A DNA stretch of 64,000 nucleotides. It comes from the human T2T-CHM13v2.0 reference genome, Homo sapiens. The DNA is taken from assembly GCF_009914755.1 (NCBI RefSeq), contig NC_060933.1; one strand, given 5' to 3'. Shown piece after piece: positions 1 through 15,917 of the stretch. The notes under the pieces are model-generated. The model saw only the letters and a list, made by a program, of their open reading frames with translations, ran no database searches and had not been told where the DNA came from. The position numbers were made by a program, and so were the translations under genes. The stretch's first letter is position 1. Every line of letters begins with the position of its first letter.

Positions 1-1538
1 CATAAGAGAATCTTTTATGTACCTGGAAGAGTTGAGATACACTCCTGGAATGCCTCCCAAACAATGGGGAAGGCATTCCAGGAGTGCATCTCATTTCCTC
101 GCTCATTTAAACTTTTTCCAATGGCAATATTTCTTAAAAGGGTCATATCTTTAATAAGGAAAATACATTGAATATCCTTTCAATGTGTTTTTGGACTCAG
201 TGTTATAATTAGGAAGATTTGTGATTGTATTTACAGTAATGAAAAGTGGGCTGGATGCATATTGGTCTTTCGAAGAGGCTCCCACTGTTTGTGTTGCTCT
301 GGGCCGCTGTGCTCCTTTCATGGTTTTAGTGTGGCTGGCAGTGTTGCATGAGAGAAATGGAAGGCGTCAGGCAGCCTGGTACCCAGAGAGCTGAGCCTGC
401 AGAGCATGGGCTCCAGTCCCAAGCCCAGCCTCTGTGTCCCTTCAGGTGGTGCCCCCATGCCTGCCTCCTCCTGTGCCCTGGGAGTGGCTGGCCATTCGGT
501 CTGCCTGGACATAAGGTTTAGTGAGCCTGTGGGTGCCCTGCATAGCTGGTGTGGCCTGTACTCATCAGAGGCGGCCTGCGGCTGTGGCAGTCCACCCTGG
601 GCAGGGCCCCCTGGCTGTAGACATGTGCTAAGTGAGCAGTTTTTCAAAATGTGACTTTTGGGGTTTTAAAAATTGTATGATTTTGTGTCCTAACTGGTTA
701 CGGGAATTTTTTATTTTGGGTGGGCATTTTGTTGTTTTAATTTTTAAAAATGTTTTATAGATGTTTGCTGGCTTTATTTTTTTAAAAAAACATGTTTCTT
801 GTTGCCTCTGGTTTTCTTGAATCTTGGGTTTTTAAACACTTTACAGAAGGCTTTTTGTCACTTGGGTGTTCTACATCCTGTTGACCTCGTATTTGGGTAT
901 AATAACATTTAAGTTGGACCTGTTTAGTTTCAGGTCATTGTATTCATTTTAGTGGTTTTTGTGTTCCTTAACTTCATATTCAATTTCATATATTTTGAGT
1001 TTCCATCCATGCCAGTTGTTTGTGATGGCCAAGTATTCCCAACCACTGAGCCCTTCGAGCTCCTTTTGCCTCCTTGTCTGGGACACCCCAGCTTGCAGAT
1101 TTTATATGGACTGATCCTTTCCTGAGACTTCACTACCAGCAGTTCTACTTTCTAGTTAGGTTTAGTCGGTTTTACTCTGTTTACACTGCAGTTCCCAGTC
1201 TTTTTGAAAGACCCCTTTTCTGCATGGTGAGCCTCCCCTAGAAGTACTTGTCCTCCCCCAGCCCTTTCTGACCCCATCAGCTGGTTATCCTAGGGCCAGG
1301 CTGGGTCCTGGGCCAGGCTGCACCCTCATTCATGGAACGCCATCTTCTCTGTATGATCCTCTCTTGGAGCTTCCCCTAAAGTACTCTTCTTGCTTTCTTC
1401 TACATCATCTTAGGAGCTCCCTCTAATTCCTAGCCCTGGCATTTCTTCCTTTTGATTTAAATGTCTTTGTGTATTTATCACCTTACCACTCTGATTCACT
1501 TATTTTGGTAATCTTTTACCAGCATTATCTTTCCCTGA

Positions 1539-1938
<400 letters not shown>

Positions 1939-3455
1939 TAACTATATTTTTTATATCTTATTGTCTTCAACCAGAAGTCATTGAGTGGTACTTTTAAAAC
2001 ATGTCCTTTAGGGCCAGCAGTTGGGTCTGGCTCTGAGAGAGTAGTGAGGAGGGTAGCATCAGGATCTCCAGGAGCAACGATGGTAGGGCCGTCAGTCTGG
2101 CCTTCTTATCGCAGGGACTGTGTCACCTCCAGGGTTGGAACACACAGCAGACCCCACAGTGGGCCAGTCTAGTAGACTGGCCCTTTGAGACAAAGAGGAA
2201 CTGAACAGTCCTCTCTCTTGGGCTTCCCAGATGGACACCTGGGTGGCTGTTGCAGCTGCTGCCCAGCCTGTGGTCCTAGTGACCGCTGTGCATGGTGCCT
2301 GTCTCTGGACTAGGGCTAGAGGTCCCAGTAGGTCTCATGCAGTGCCTGGAGCCAGCTTTTGTCCGAGAAGAGCTGTAGCATTTCAGGCACTTTGAGGCTT
2401 CATTGTGTGTGGCATTTACCACGTAACCTTGCTGGAGCTAGGTCAGTGATCAGATGACTTGATCTTTCTGAAATCTTTTTTTAAAAAATTAAGTTGGGTA
2501 TAAACTGTAAATAAATAGAAAGATGAACTTCGTTTATTTCTGACTTTCACCTATATTGTCATAGCAGGAGGGGGTAGTTCTGAATTCTGTGAACCCTCCA
2601 AAGAAGGAATTTCTCCTTACATGTTAGTGTTAATTGAAGTTCACTTCATATATTTTTTTCTTAATAAGTCGTTATATTATAATAGTTTAGTAAGAGCTAA
2701 GAAAAACTTCCTAAAATCTAAGTACTTATTTAGCTTTAGAAAATATAATATTAGGGGCCTGAAAGGTAAGTAAATTTAAAACATTCTTCTGTTTGTTTGT
2801 TTTTTTTTTAAACATAGTCTATTGGGGAAAAAAAGAGAGACAGGCAAGATGACGTAGTTTGACTGAACCCTCTGATTTTGTTAATCTTTGTAGTCTTCAT
2901 ATTTCTGTTGCATTTTTACTGTTTTAGATAGAAGCCTATGTTATCTTTTTAAAAATTCATTTTTATTATAAAAATAATAAGAAACAATTTAATCAGTACA
3001 GAAATATGTCATGTGAAAATGAAAGGTACTTATAATCCCACTTCTCGGAGATAACCACTTTAGACAGATTGATATTTGATCCTTCGAAGTGTAATAAAAA
3101 TGTCTGTCTTGCTAGTGGTGCTCATCATTGTCACCATCATCATGCATGTGACATTAGCTAAATGTTCTTAATGGTTAATGTATACAGATTCATTGTACTG
3201 GATTTTAAGCTTTTAAGTCTTGAAAACCTGCATTTAATAAGAAATTTGTTATTTGCTCCTTTTAATTTATATGTGGAGTTGTTAAATGAAATAATTTAAA
3301 ATACAAACTGAACTCAAAAGGATTTCTGCTTGTTCATATCTTCCAGTCTGTGTCCTCTATTGCCTGTTTGTTTTAAAATAAAACTGGAAAGCTTAGAATT
3401 CTGAGGAATCTGCTGGAATCTCTTGGGGCTCAAGAATAGTTTTTCTGTGTCTCTC

Positions 3456-3637
3456 TTTTTTTTTTTTTAAGAGACAGGGTCTTGCTCTGTTGCTCAGGCT
3501 GGATGGAGTGCAGTGGCTGTTCACAGGTGTGATCATGTGCAGTACAGACGCAAACTCCTGGGCTCAAGTGATTCTCCTTCTCCTGCCTCAGCCTCCCAAG
3601 TAGCTGGGACTACAGGTGTGCGCCACCACACCCAGCT
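3456..3637 (-). mobile_element. Alu right-arm fragment (FRAM/AluJ-like)
   Basis: Poly-T, gagacagggtcttgctctg... ending at cacccagct; single arm only. Confidence 0.85.
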
Positions 3638-3982
3638 TCTGTCTTTTATTCACAGATTAGGAGTAGGTCTCCAGTCATATTGCTGGGAAGAAAGGGATAC
3701 AAGTTGTGGGAGGTTTATGCTCCTTCCTTGTTACAGGATTGCTTTTAGTTTGGCTCCTCCCATGGAGTGAGTGGGACTGCCAAGCAGGATTCTTCCTGAT
3801 TGACCTGGAATGGACGACCCTGCCAGCAGGAGCAGGAACAGAGGCCAGCAAGGGAAAGACAAGACACAGTCTGAGTGGGATCTGAAAGATACCGTGTTGG
3901 TAGTGCTGGCACTTACGGTATCTCTGGGAGAGAACTAGAGTAGAGCAAGCAAAGAGAAGCTCAGCAATAGTGTCTTTGCTAA

Positions 3983-4294
<312 letters not shown>

Positions 4295-4603
4295 TGACTG
4301 TGCTTAGACCTAGAATGCTCTAGTTTTATTTTAAATAAGCAGCATAATGTCAGTCTTCAAAACGAGTGTGTAAACATTTTCTAGCTTACTTCCTACTCTG
4401 TGAGTTCAAAACGTCAGCCCTGTTTCTAACCAGGCTTTCTCCATCACTTTCTGCTTAGCATATTCACCTTCCTCTGAATGCCATGGTGACACGTGTGAAT
4501 TAGTGCCATGTCCTAGTCCTAGTCCTATGTCTTCCCCCTCCACTCATGGCAGATCAGACACTGTTGTTGCACGCTAACTGTACACTGAGGGCTCCTCAAC
4601 CTA

Positions 4604-5030
<427 letters not shown>

Positions 5031-5149
5031 AAGCAGAGGGCTTGCCAGCAGCAGTCCCAGCTATGTCCAGCATCTTGGTTTCTTATATCTCTTGCTCACA
5101 GGCCTTGTCCAGGGTCAACTTCTCTTCCTGGCCCTCTTGCTGTGTCTTT

Positions 5150-6950
<1,801 letters not shown>

Positions 6951-7014
6951 TAATCTTTTCAATAAGTTTGCGTCCCAAAGTGTTACCTTAAGCAAAGAGT
7001 CAAACCCAAAGGAA

Positions 7015-7265
7015 ATCTGTCTGATCACATTTATGTAAAACTCTAGAAAAGGCAAAACAATAGTGATAGAAAGTAGACTTGTGGTTGTCTGGAACTGCAG
7101 TGGGAAATGGACACAATGGGACTCTGGGGTGATGGGAATGTGATATTTTCTTGATTGTGATAGTAGTTACAGTATTGGAGGCATGTGTTGTAACTCATTG
7201 AATTATATGCTAAAATTGATGAATTTTATTCCATGTGAAGTATTTCAGTAAAACTGATTTAAAAA
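7015..7265 (+). mobile_element. L1M 3' end fragment
   Basis: aaaactctagaaaaggcaaaac...ggggtgatgggaatg...cttgattgtgatagtagttac motifs typical of old L1 3' ends. Confidence 0.65.
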
Positions 7266-7289
7266 ATGCTGGTGTCTGACTGTAGGCAG

Positions 7290-8400
7290 CCCCTCCATGT
7301 GGGCAGTATGATTCTATTCTCCTTCCCAGTTACTGTGAACATTCATCACTCTCTCCTGGGCCTCTGCTCTATTTCACACTGCTTTCTCTTAGCAGGTTCT
7401 TTATGCCAGAATATTGACACCTTCAGGCATGGTCTTCCTCAACTTCTCTTTCCTCATATACACATTTATTTTCCCATTTTTACTTCTTTCTTTTCTAGCC
7501 TGACACCAGAGTATTCCTGGCCTTCTTGAGCGTTTGTCATTGAACACATCTGGTGGGACCTCTGTGTAATCTCTCCCTCTCTTTTGGTTCTTGGCCCTCA
7601 GTTGTAAATATGAACAGATCTGCCCCATGTTCTTCTGACTACCATCTTGTGTTTCCAATGGTAGCTCCTGTCACATCCCCAACGCTTAACTTCCTTCTCT
7701 TTAATCTCATTGTCATAAGATTGCTTTTGTCAAGACCACGGATGGCTGTGTGAGCTGATCTTGTGGATGGTTTTCAGCCTCATCATAATCCTCCTCTCCT
7801 CACCGGGGCCCTCCTGCTTGGCTTTCCACATGTCAGTGTTCTGTAGTCTTTCTTTTTTTCCTCCTCGCCTCTGTTGCCTCCTACGGGTTCCATCTGTACT
7901 GTGATTCTCACACTCTCCTGGCAGATCTGTGCTGAAGTCTCAGCTACCATGAAATATATTTCTCCAGACAAGTCCCCTTCACTGAGCTCTCCGCCCAGTC
8001 CTCTCTACTTGGATGTTGCACCTGCACATCAGATTTGGCATTTCTGATTTACAAATGTCTTCATTTTCTCTAAATTGGCTTGTCCTCCTGTATTGTGCTT
8101 GCCACCTAGTACCACCACCGACCCTGCCATTCATCCAAGGTAGAACTTGGGAGTCATCTTTGATTCTTCCCCTTCCTGCATCTGCTTTGATATTTTCTGA
8201 ATTGCCACATCCTCTCCTTACTTCTGTTTCAGTCACTGCTTGCTGGGATTCATGCAGGAGCCATGGACCCTCCCTTTTGCTGATCTTTTCCTCGGCTGTC
8301 CATCTTCCACATGGCTAACAAAAATGATCTGTTTAAATTCAGGTCTGATCTCATCATTCCCCTGTTTAGAATTTCTCAGTGACTCTCTTCATCTGTAGCA
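7290..8400 (-). mobile_element. L2 remnant
   Basis: Pyrimidine-rich L2-like motifs such as ctctctacttggatgt, gaacttgggagtcatctttgattcttcc and tctgatctcatcattcccctg. Confidence 0.6.
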
Positions 8401-11400
8401 GTGATTTGAATTCCATGTATCTGTTAAAAAAAAAAAAAAAAAGTTGGAAGACTACTGTTGTGTTGCCAACTCTTAATTTTTCTAAATAAGAATATTGGAA
8501 GAAAAAGGAATTCACCGTCTACCATCTTTTCATTAAATAAGCACATTTCAACACTTAAAAAAAGGCGCAATTTTGAATGGAAGATAAAAAGACCACAGTG
8601 CTGTGGCTAAGTGTGTAGAGTCCACTCAGCCACTCACCTGGTTGGCTGTGGTGGATACTTAGTAAGCTCCTCTATAAGATGGGGATTTTAACAGTGACTA
8701 CTCATAGAGTTGTGAGGATTAAATGGAGTATGCATCCTTAGGGCACAGCCTGGGTACACAGCCCTCAAAACGATTAGAATACATGACAGGTATTCCCCCA
8801 AGAAGGGAAGGTGACCACAGTACACTACAGTTTCCTCCTTGGACTGGTGGCACTTTTTTGTAAAGAGATCCTGTCACTGCACGATGGAGCCCAGGTTCCA
8901 GTAGGACAGCTGAAGCCACCTCTGGCCTACCTGCCTTTTCGTCCTAGGCTCTAGGCCTGTAAAATGGGATGAAGAACTTTTCTTTGTTCAGTTTAAATCC
9001 TTTAGGTACTTCAGTATACGTGCATAGCAGTTTCCATCTTTGGAGTGATGGTCACACTTAGCATTATTTGTGATTAATTGCATTTTAACAGCCTTTCAAA
9101 TCTTTATTTAGGCAAATGTGTACAGAATACTCATATGTGTCATAACGTTTCAAGAAATTTGAAAGCATGACTATTAGTGGTATCTGACAATTCTGGGGTC
9201 TATGTGTTTTCCTTTCTCTTGACTGTTGTACTAGAAAACCTTGGGCCTGCAGGGTGCATTTGGTGATTCTGTACCTTGCAGGGCTTGGTCAAAAGCAGAG
9301 ACTGCTGGGGCCAAGGACTGTGGTGGTGACAGTTTCTTGGGGACTACACTTTGAGCTTTGCCCACATTGGATGACCAAGGAAGCATTTCTCCCTCCTCAG
9401 CCCCCAGACCTGTGCTCCACTGTGTCCTAGACTGGGGCAACATTTTGTCACCAAGAAGAATGAGAGTTTCTCGAAGTCAGGAAATTTGAAGGGTGGTTCT
9501 GTGTTCCTTTTCTAGCACAGGCCTCATCCATGAATGAATATTGACCAAATCGAGCTTCCATTTCCCTTCCTTGAAATTGCCAAAATGCAGAGTACTTCCC
9601 CTTCACTGTTTTCCACTTGGTAATGAAGTGGATCAGTTCTGCTTCAGCAATGGTACTTTGTGAAACCTGTATTTATATTCATTTGCATTTTAAATGAGCA
9701 GCTGAGAGACACTTTGGGAGCAGTGGCACCAACAGTCTCAAAATCATTTAATCATTGTTTTGTATGGTATATTTAATTAGCTTATACATCCCACAGGAAT
9801 ATGACCAAGTGGATTTTAGAGATTAGGTCAGACCCTGTCAAATGATCCTGTCTAGTGGTACATTTTAGAGAGCTTTGAAAGAGTTTTCAGTCAACATGTT
9901 ATATGAAAAGGAATATTGGATTTTATTGAATCATTTGAGTACTGTGGCATGTTGGGTTTAACAGTTGGAATATTACATGGTAACTTCATTTAAATGAATT
10001 CACAGCTATAGAAAAAAATGTTTGATTTTAAAGATGTAACCAAGAGTGAGACTGCAGATTTTTAAGCAGTGAAATATTAGAAAACAGTGAATAAATAAAT
10101 AAATGCTTCTTTAGCAGGGGCTAAATTATTTATTATTTTGCTTTCAGGAACCAGGAAGAGATTGTTTTCTTTGGATTTCAAATGTTGTTATAGTGTAGTT
10201 GTTTCTTAGCTTCCTTAAGACGCCCCTTGAGTGCCTGAAATAATTCACTGAAATCAGTGGCTCTAAAGCATCAAAGATCTTTTCTGTCTGGAGTAGTCAC
10301 CAGGCAGCTTCAGGGAGGGCTTCCCATTGAAGTCCCCTTTGAGGACGTGCCTGACAGGGTTTCCATGGACTTCTGTGTCCTTGTAGTATGTAGTATGGGT
10401 GCCAGCCTCCACTCTTCACCCCTAACATGGGCCTGATAGATAGATTGGTGAGAACACATACTGCTTGTTCTGAAAGTTATGCCTGGGGTTGTCAAGCTGC
10501 TTGGAGATGAGGCCAGGGGCTCACCCTGCGTGGCCACAGCAGAAGTCCAGCCAGTGCTCCCAGCACCACCCATTTGGGGAACAGGCTCAGTAGTGTGGCC
10601 AGGCTGGTGCCCACACCACTGACCCAACCCCAAGATTGCAGCCTCTTGGAGGTTTTTTTTAAAAAACAAAACAAAGGTTGTCAAGAGTGGCCAAAGGACA
10701 AGAAATTGTAATGGGTGACAATGGGGCACCACCGCTCATGGATTGTGATATGTCAGGGAGATAGCCCTGTGGCATGCTTGCCTGGGTCAGGTTTGGTGGC
10801 ATTCTGCATTCAGCTATATCCGTCTGTCAGTGATGTTTAGAAGACTGCAGAACATGTTTTTCAGTAGGAAATGATGAGGAGATTTGGGGAAAGATGACGC
10901 TAAAAGTGAAAATCTTTCACATAAGAGGATATTTTTGCATGGAGACAGTGATCAATTTCCACCCAAACAGTATCTATTTATTATTTAATGATTCTGCCTG
11001 GAAGTAAAGGGGTAGGTTGAATCTTTCAAAGGTCTTTTCCAGCCCTAAATTATTTTCTTGACCTACAAAGCAGGTAAAATTTCAGTCACAGTTAGTGAAA
11101 TTGCTACACAGTGATGTGAAAAAAGCAATTGATCATAAGCGTTTGCTTGTTAATTAAGTTTACTTACTCTCCTTAGAGATAGAATGTACATATGGTTCTA
11201 GCTCTAGATATGTCGCAATTTATTTGACTTTTTTTTTTAAATGTTAAGTTTTTGGGCTAAGATTTAAAAAAACTGATTAAAGAAAGCAGAGGAGGAAATA
11301 AATGGGACATAAATTTTTATACACTGTCTCTAAGCAGCAGACACTTCACTTGTTTAGTTTGAGTGTTAATTTTGTTTTTATGAATAGGCAAGGGCAAATT

Positions 11401-11581
11401 ACTTTAACCCTCCTGCGTAGTTACTGCTGTGATGAGATGAACCATGTGCTATTTTAGAATCTCAGGGAAAGTTTAGCAACACTGCTGATGATGCCTTTCA
11501 TGGACAAACAAGTCTTGATGTGTTTTTTTCCCACTTGTAAGTATATTGATAACTACCTTTGTGTGTGGTGTTTATACAGGT

Positions 11582-11612
<31 letters not shown>

Positions 11613-11670
11613 GTATATATAGAGTTATGTAGATAGATAGCATATAAATTAACTTCTCATACATATATGC
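11582..11670. repeat. (TG)n(TA)n microsatellite
   Basis: Direct reading. Confidence 0.9.
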
Positions 11671-12203
11671 TTTTATCATGTTAAAACACTTAACAAGTTT
11701 CTAAAGGATTTATCCTAGAATACCTTTTAGTACCAAGATTCCCTGTTATTTTTAAATAAAGATATATTACAACTCTCCAATCTATCTTCTTCAATTTAAA
11801 ATGTCTCATGTAAAGTCCATCCATATGTCCCTGTGGTGTTGCATTTCTGTCTCCAGCCACTTTCTCATGTGGCAGGGGTGGGGTTTGTTGATGGGACCAA
11901 GCCCTTAGGACAGCACCTCTGACTCCTCCTGCACGTGGGTAGCAAATGCACACCAGGTCCTGACCCTAAGGATTAAAGAAGACGTCAGGGAGCTCATCCT
12001 GGACTGGATTTAGAAGGCTAGATTAGGAGCCATCCAGGAGGGAAGCAAGCTTCTCTGCACAGGCTCAGAGCTGCCTGCGAAGTGGGGTGGTGGAGGGTGG
12101 CTGGTGGGGAGGGCAGCTGCATGGTCAGCAAATTATAAACGGCCGGTGTTTTCGGACCAGAGGGTAGATGTTACTGAGCCACTCAGAAGGATTTAGGGGA
12201 CAC

Positions 12204-12209
12204 TTTAAT
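12204..12209 (-). terminator. Candidate ATTAAA poly(A) signal for an antisense transcript from the CTAGE-like copy
   Basis: tttaat on + strand, about 330 nt downstream of a minus-strand acceptor at 12538. Confidence 0.3.
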
Positions 12210-13089
12210 TATAGCATCTATTCACTTCAAGGATCTTTTAGCTGCATGTTGTAGGGCTGGGGATAGTGATGACAAGGATATCCACAGGAACAAAAGCAGC
12301 AGGTTCTGTTTTCTTTTGAAGTGGGATGGGAGTGAAGCAGGGCTGCCCAGTTACTTCTGGTGTCTTGGGTGTAAGCCATCGTCATGGGCTGCACATGCTC
12401 CTGGGAGACAGGAGGCCCTGCACCTTCTCTATGAACTTCTTTACTTCTGGGGAAAGCCTGTTGCTGTTCCTGCCTGCTCTGGCCCGGGAGGCTGACTTGT
12501 TTGCTATGCAAGGCCCAGGCTCTCCGGGTGCTACTGCCTGTTGCAAAATAAGAAGCAATGGTGGCAAAATGTCCACCTCCCTAAATTAAACCACAAAGGT
12601 TAGGACCAAACTGTTAAAAATATGATCTTTGAGTGGTATGGTCTTGTTTTTGAGTGTATTTTGGCATTGTGTTCAAACCAAAGTTTATTCCAGCCAGTTT
12701 AATGTACTATGTTCAAGTAACAGCTCATAGATCAGAAATGGTCTCTGTTTTAAACCTTCCCATCCATATCAAACACAATGATGTTGAGGTTAAGAGGGGC
12801 CCTTTCTCTAAATGAAAATACAATACTTACCCTATATAATTTTGGAGGGCCCAAAGATGTGGAATCAGTGTATTTGTAAGAATTATATTAAACAATCTCC
12901 ATTTGATAAACAGTACCTTACAATCCTAATGCTATCTATCAAACTTGAGTGAGAGCAGTTTCAGCATCAACTCTTGAACGGTAGCTAAACTAACAAGAGA
13001 GTACCCAAATGTGCTCTAAAGGGAGCAGCAGCGGCTGATGTTCTGCCAAGTCTCTGAGCGTCCGGGACCCAACTACAGGGGAAATAGAA

Positions 13090-14620
13090 TAAAACAGGCA
13101 GGTGCTCTGTACCCAAGCCCTCACATGGTGACCTGCCTCCCTCCTGGGGGCCCAGTGTCCTCCTGGGGGCTTTCAGGCCCTGTGGGTTTTGGGCAGAGTC
13201 CCAGGAGCCAAAGGGCCACTCAGGAAAGGCTGAAACTTGGCTTCGCAGTCAGCCAGCTTCTGTCCGTAGTGGTGGTCATTTTCTTTCTGGAGCTCCTGGA
13301 ACGCTCTCTCAGTGGGCCTGGCAGCCATCCAGCCTTCCTGGGCCCTTTTCTTATGGAAGAGTATCTGCTTCTGAAAACTGGAAGTGTCTTCCTTCAATTC
13401 CTAGCGGTTGCAGGTCTGACACATGCGGTTTAAATACTAGTGCACCTTGCGAAGTCTCTGATCGAGGTCCAGGCAGTAGGCGTCCTCCTGTGTGGACTCC
13501 TACTGAGGCCCCATCACGGGTTCTTAGTGCAGTTCAGGCAGAGCAGGAAGCTTCAGCTGCAGCTTTGCGAGCTCTTTCCCCAACTGTGCCCTTGTGCCCT
13601 GCAGAGAGGCCTCTCGCCAATCGGACTTTGGATTTGTGCTGTGCGTTCTTTACTCCTTTGGAATTCTTCCCACAATTGCTTATTTGTTGCTTCAATCTTT
13701 CCTTCAGGACATTTGAAGGATGCACCTAAGTCACCGTCACCATCCACATTCTTCGGAGGAACTTGTAGCCCGGATGCTATGGGACCACCATATCCTACTT
13801 CCCTGTTCCCCTCCATTGCCAAGTCTCCATCCTGCACGTGGTTTCTATTGCTCTCCAGCAGATGCAGGATGCTTGGAGGGGTGTGGGACAGGGAGGTCAT
13901 TTGCCTCACTCCAGCATTCGTGGCCTGTTCCATTACTGTCTTTGCCTGCTCCGGCTTTTCATCTTCCCCTTCTTATCTGCAGGCATTGCTTCCATCTCAC
14001 AATTTCTTGGTCGGGCAGCTCTGCAGGTTGCCAGTGGTCAGTGCTGTCATTCAGATCATCTTTGCTTTGCCCCAGAAGATCTTCCCCATCATGCTGTGAA
14101 GCATGTGGGACCTGCTTTGTTCAGTCACTTGGGGAAATTCAGGAGGCCTGCTTTTCTGTGCTCTTTCAGAAGCTCACCTAGGTCCTGGTAGGAAGACCTG
14201 CTTGTTTCATTTGGAACCCTCAAGCAGGGGGTTTGGAGTGATCGAGGACTGGCCTCTGGCACGGGTGACATTAGGCCACCACAGGCTTGGGGTGCTAGCC
14301 ACATCTTGGATCTGGCCATTCTATGGACCTCACCCTGGGCTGAATACCTTTGGGCCGACTCCTCTTTTCTTCCCACTGTGCGTCATGAACGTGAAGGCCA
14401 CCACAGCAGTGCATGCCCAGATCACCCAGGGTTTCCATAGTTTCACTGCCACTAGTCCCATGATTCTGTACATCAGTAGTACTGCTGCCTACAGGGGGGC
14501 CAGCAGCAGCTGAGTAGGCATTGTGTGGTGGGCAGCAGGCCCTCCGTGGCTGCCAAGGGTTTGCCGCCACTTGCCAGTGGCCTGTGGGCCACAACTGACC
14601 ACTTAGAACCCTGTGGAGGG
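13090..14620 (-). pseudogene. Decayed intronless cTAGE5/MIA2 (CTAGE-family)-like retrocopy, antisense in FAM120A intron 3
   Basis: Colinear minus-strand peptide remnants against remembered cTAGE5: PWVIWACTAVVAF ~ PWELVICAAVVGF (14431-14393); VGRKEESA ~ VGREKKLA; QEIVRWK ~ QEAEVWK; LGASFKCPEG ~ LNASLKTLEG; EASLQ...KLQLKL..LPELH*E ~ QASLQ...KLQQKL..MTELYQE; FQKQILFHKKRAQEGWMAARPTERAFQELQKENDH ~ [35 protein letters not shown]. Stops at 14489, 13524, 13500, 13437 and 13401, plus several frameshifts. Confidence 0.85.
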
Positions 14621-14936
14621 TACCATCTCTAACACAAACAAGGGCTGCCATATTAGATGTGTGAGAATTAATACAGTACTATACATAAAACACTTAAAAG
14701 AGTGTCTAGCTAAGATATGTTAGCTAATATACCACCATGATCCTCAACAACAACAAAATAACAGTAACCTAATACACCGTTATAACTCACTGGAACATGT
14801 CCCTGTTTTGTGCATTCCTCATGCACAGACTTGGAAAGGCAGAGGCACTTACCAAAGGGGACTCTGCTGTTCTGCAGCCACCTTGTGACATACATGGAGG
14901 CTTTGAGAGCAGGGGCCTGGAGGGGAATGATAGAGA

Positions 14937-15915
14937 AGTCATGTCAATTTTAGGTTTTCCAGTACATGTAATAGAAATGTTTACACAGTACTGTAGTCTA
15001 TTAAGAGTGTAATGGCATTATGTCTGAAACACAAGATACATCCCTTAATCAAAAATACTTTCAAATGCTATGATCGCTTGAGTCTACAGCGAGTTGGAAT
15101 CATTTTGCTGGTGGAGGGTCTTGCTGATGGCTGCTGACTGATAAGGGTGGTGGTTGCTGGAGGTTGGGGTGGCTGTGGCCGTTTCAGGAAATTGGACAAC
15201 ATTCAAGTTTGTCACATCAATTGACTCTTCCTTTCATGAAAGATTTCTCTATAGCCTGCAATGTTATTTGATAGCAGTTTACCCACAGTAGAAATGTTTT
15301 ATGAAATTGGAGTTAATCTCAAACCCTGCCACTGCTTTATCAACTAAGCTTATGTCCTATTCTAAATCCTTTGCTTTTATTTTGATATCTTTGATAGCAT
15401 CTTCACCAGAAGTAGATTCCATCTCAAAAAGGTGCTTTCTTTGCTTGTCCATAACAAGTACTTCTTCATTTATTCAGGATTTATCATGAGATTTCAGCAA
15501 TTTGGTTACATCTTCAGGCTCCACTTCTAATTCTGATTCTCTTGCTATTTCCACCACATCTGCAGTGACTTCCTCCACTTAAGTCTTAAACCCCCTCAAA
15601 GCCATTCACGAGGGTTGGAATCAACCAAGTCTTCCAAGCTCCTGTTAAGGTTGATATTTTGACATCCTCCCATGAATCATGAATGGTCTTAATGGCATTC
15701 ACTTACTAGAGTAGTGAATTCTGTCCAGAAGGTTTTCAATGTGCTTAGCCCAGATGCATCAGAGGAGTCATTTTCTATGGCAGTTCTAGCCTGATGAAAT
15801 GTATTTCTTTAATAATAAGACTTGAGTGTCAAAATTACTCCTTTATCCATTATGGGTTGTGGAATGAATGTTGTGTCAACAGGCATGAAGACAACATTCC
15901 TTTCCTTGTATGTTA
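14937..15915 (-). mobile_element. Tigger1 DNA transposon, 3' portion of the transposase
   Basis: Long match to the remembered Tigger1 consensus (tgatggctgctgactga, aaaccctgccactgctttatcaactaag, catcttcaggctccacttctaattct); ORF 15809..15994(-) ends VVFMPVDTT..QP.MDKGVILTLKSYY, a pogo DDE motif. Confidence 0.9.
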
Positions 15916-15917
15916 AC

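Noticed and set aside
12227-12589. ORFs on both strands in the putative antisense terminal exon
   Set aside because: No homology recognised and mostly non-ATG starts; if transcribed, more plausibly UTR or lncRNA.
13038-14513. Cluster of long plus-strand ORFs (up to 219 aa)
   Set aside because: No recognisable protein; best explained as antisense shadows of the decayed CTAGE-like coding sequence on the minus strand.
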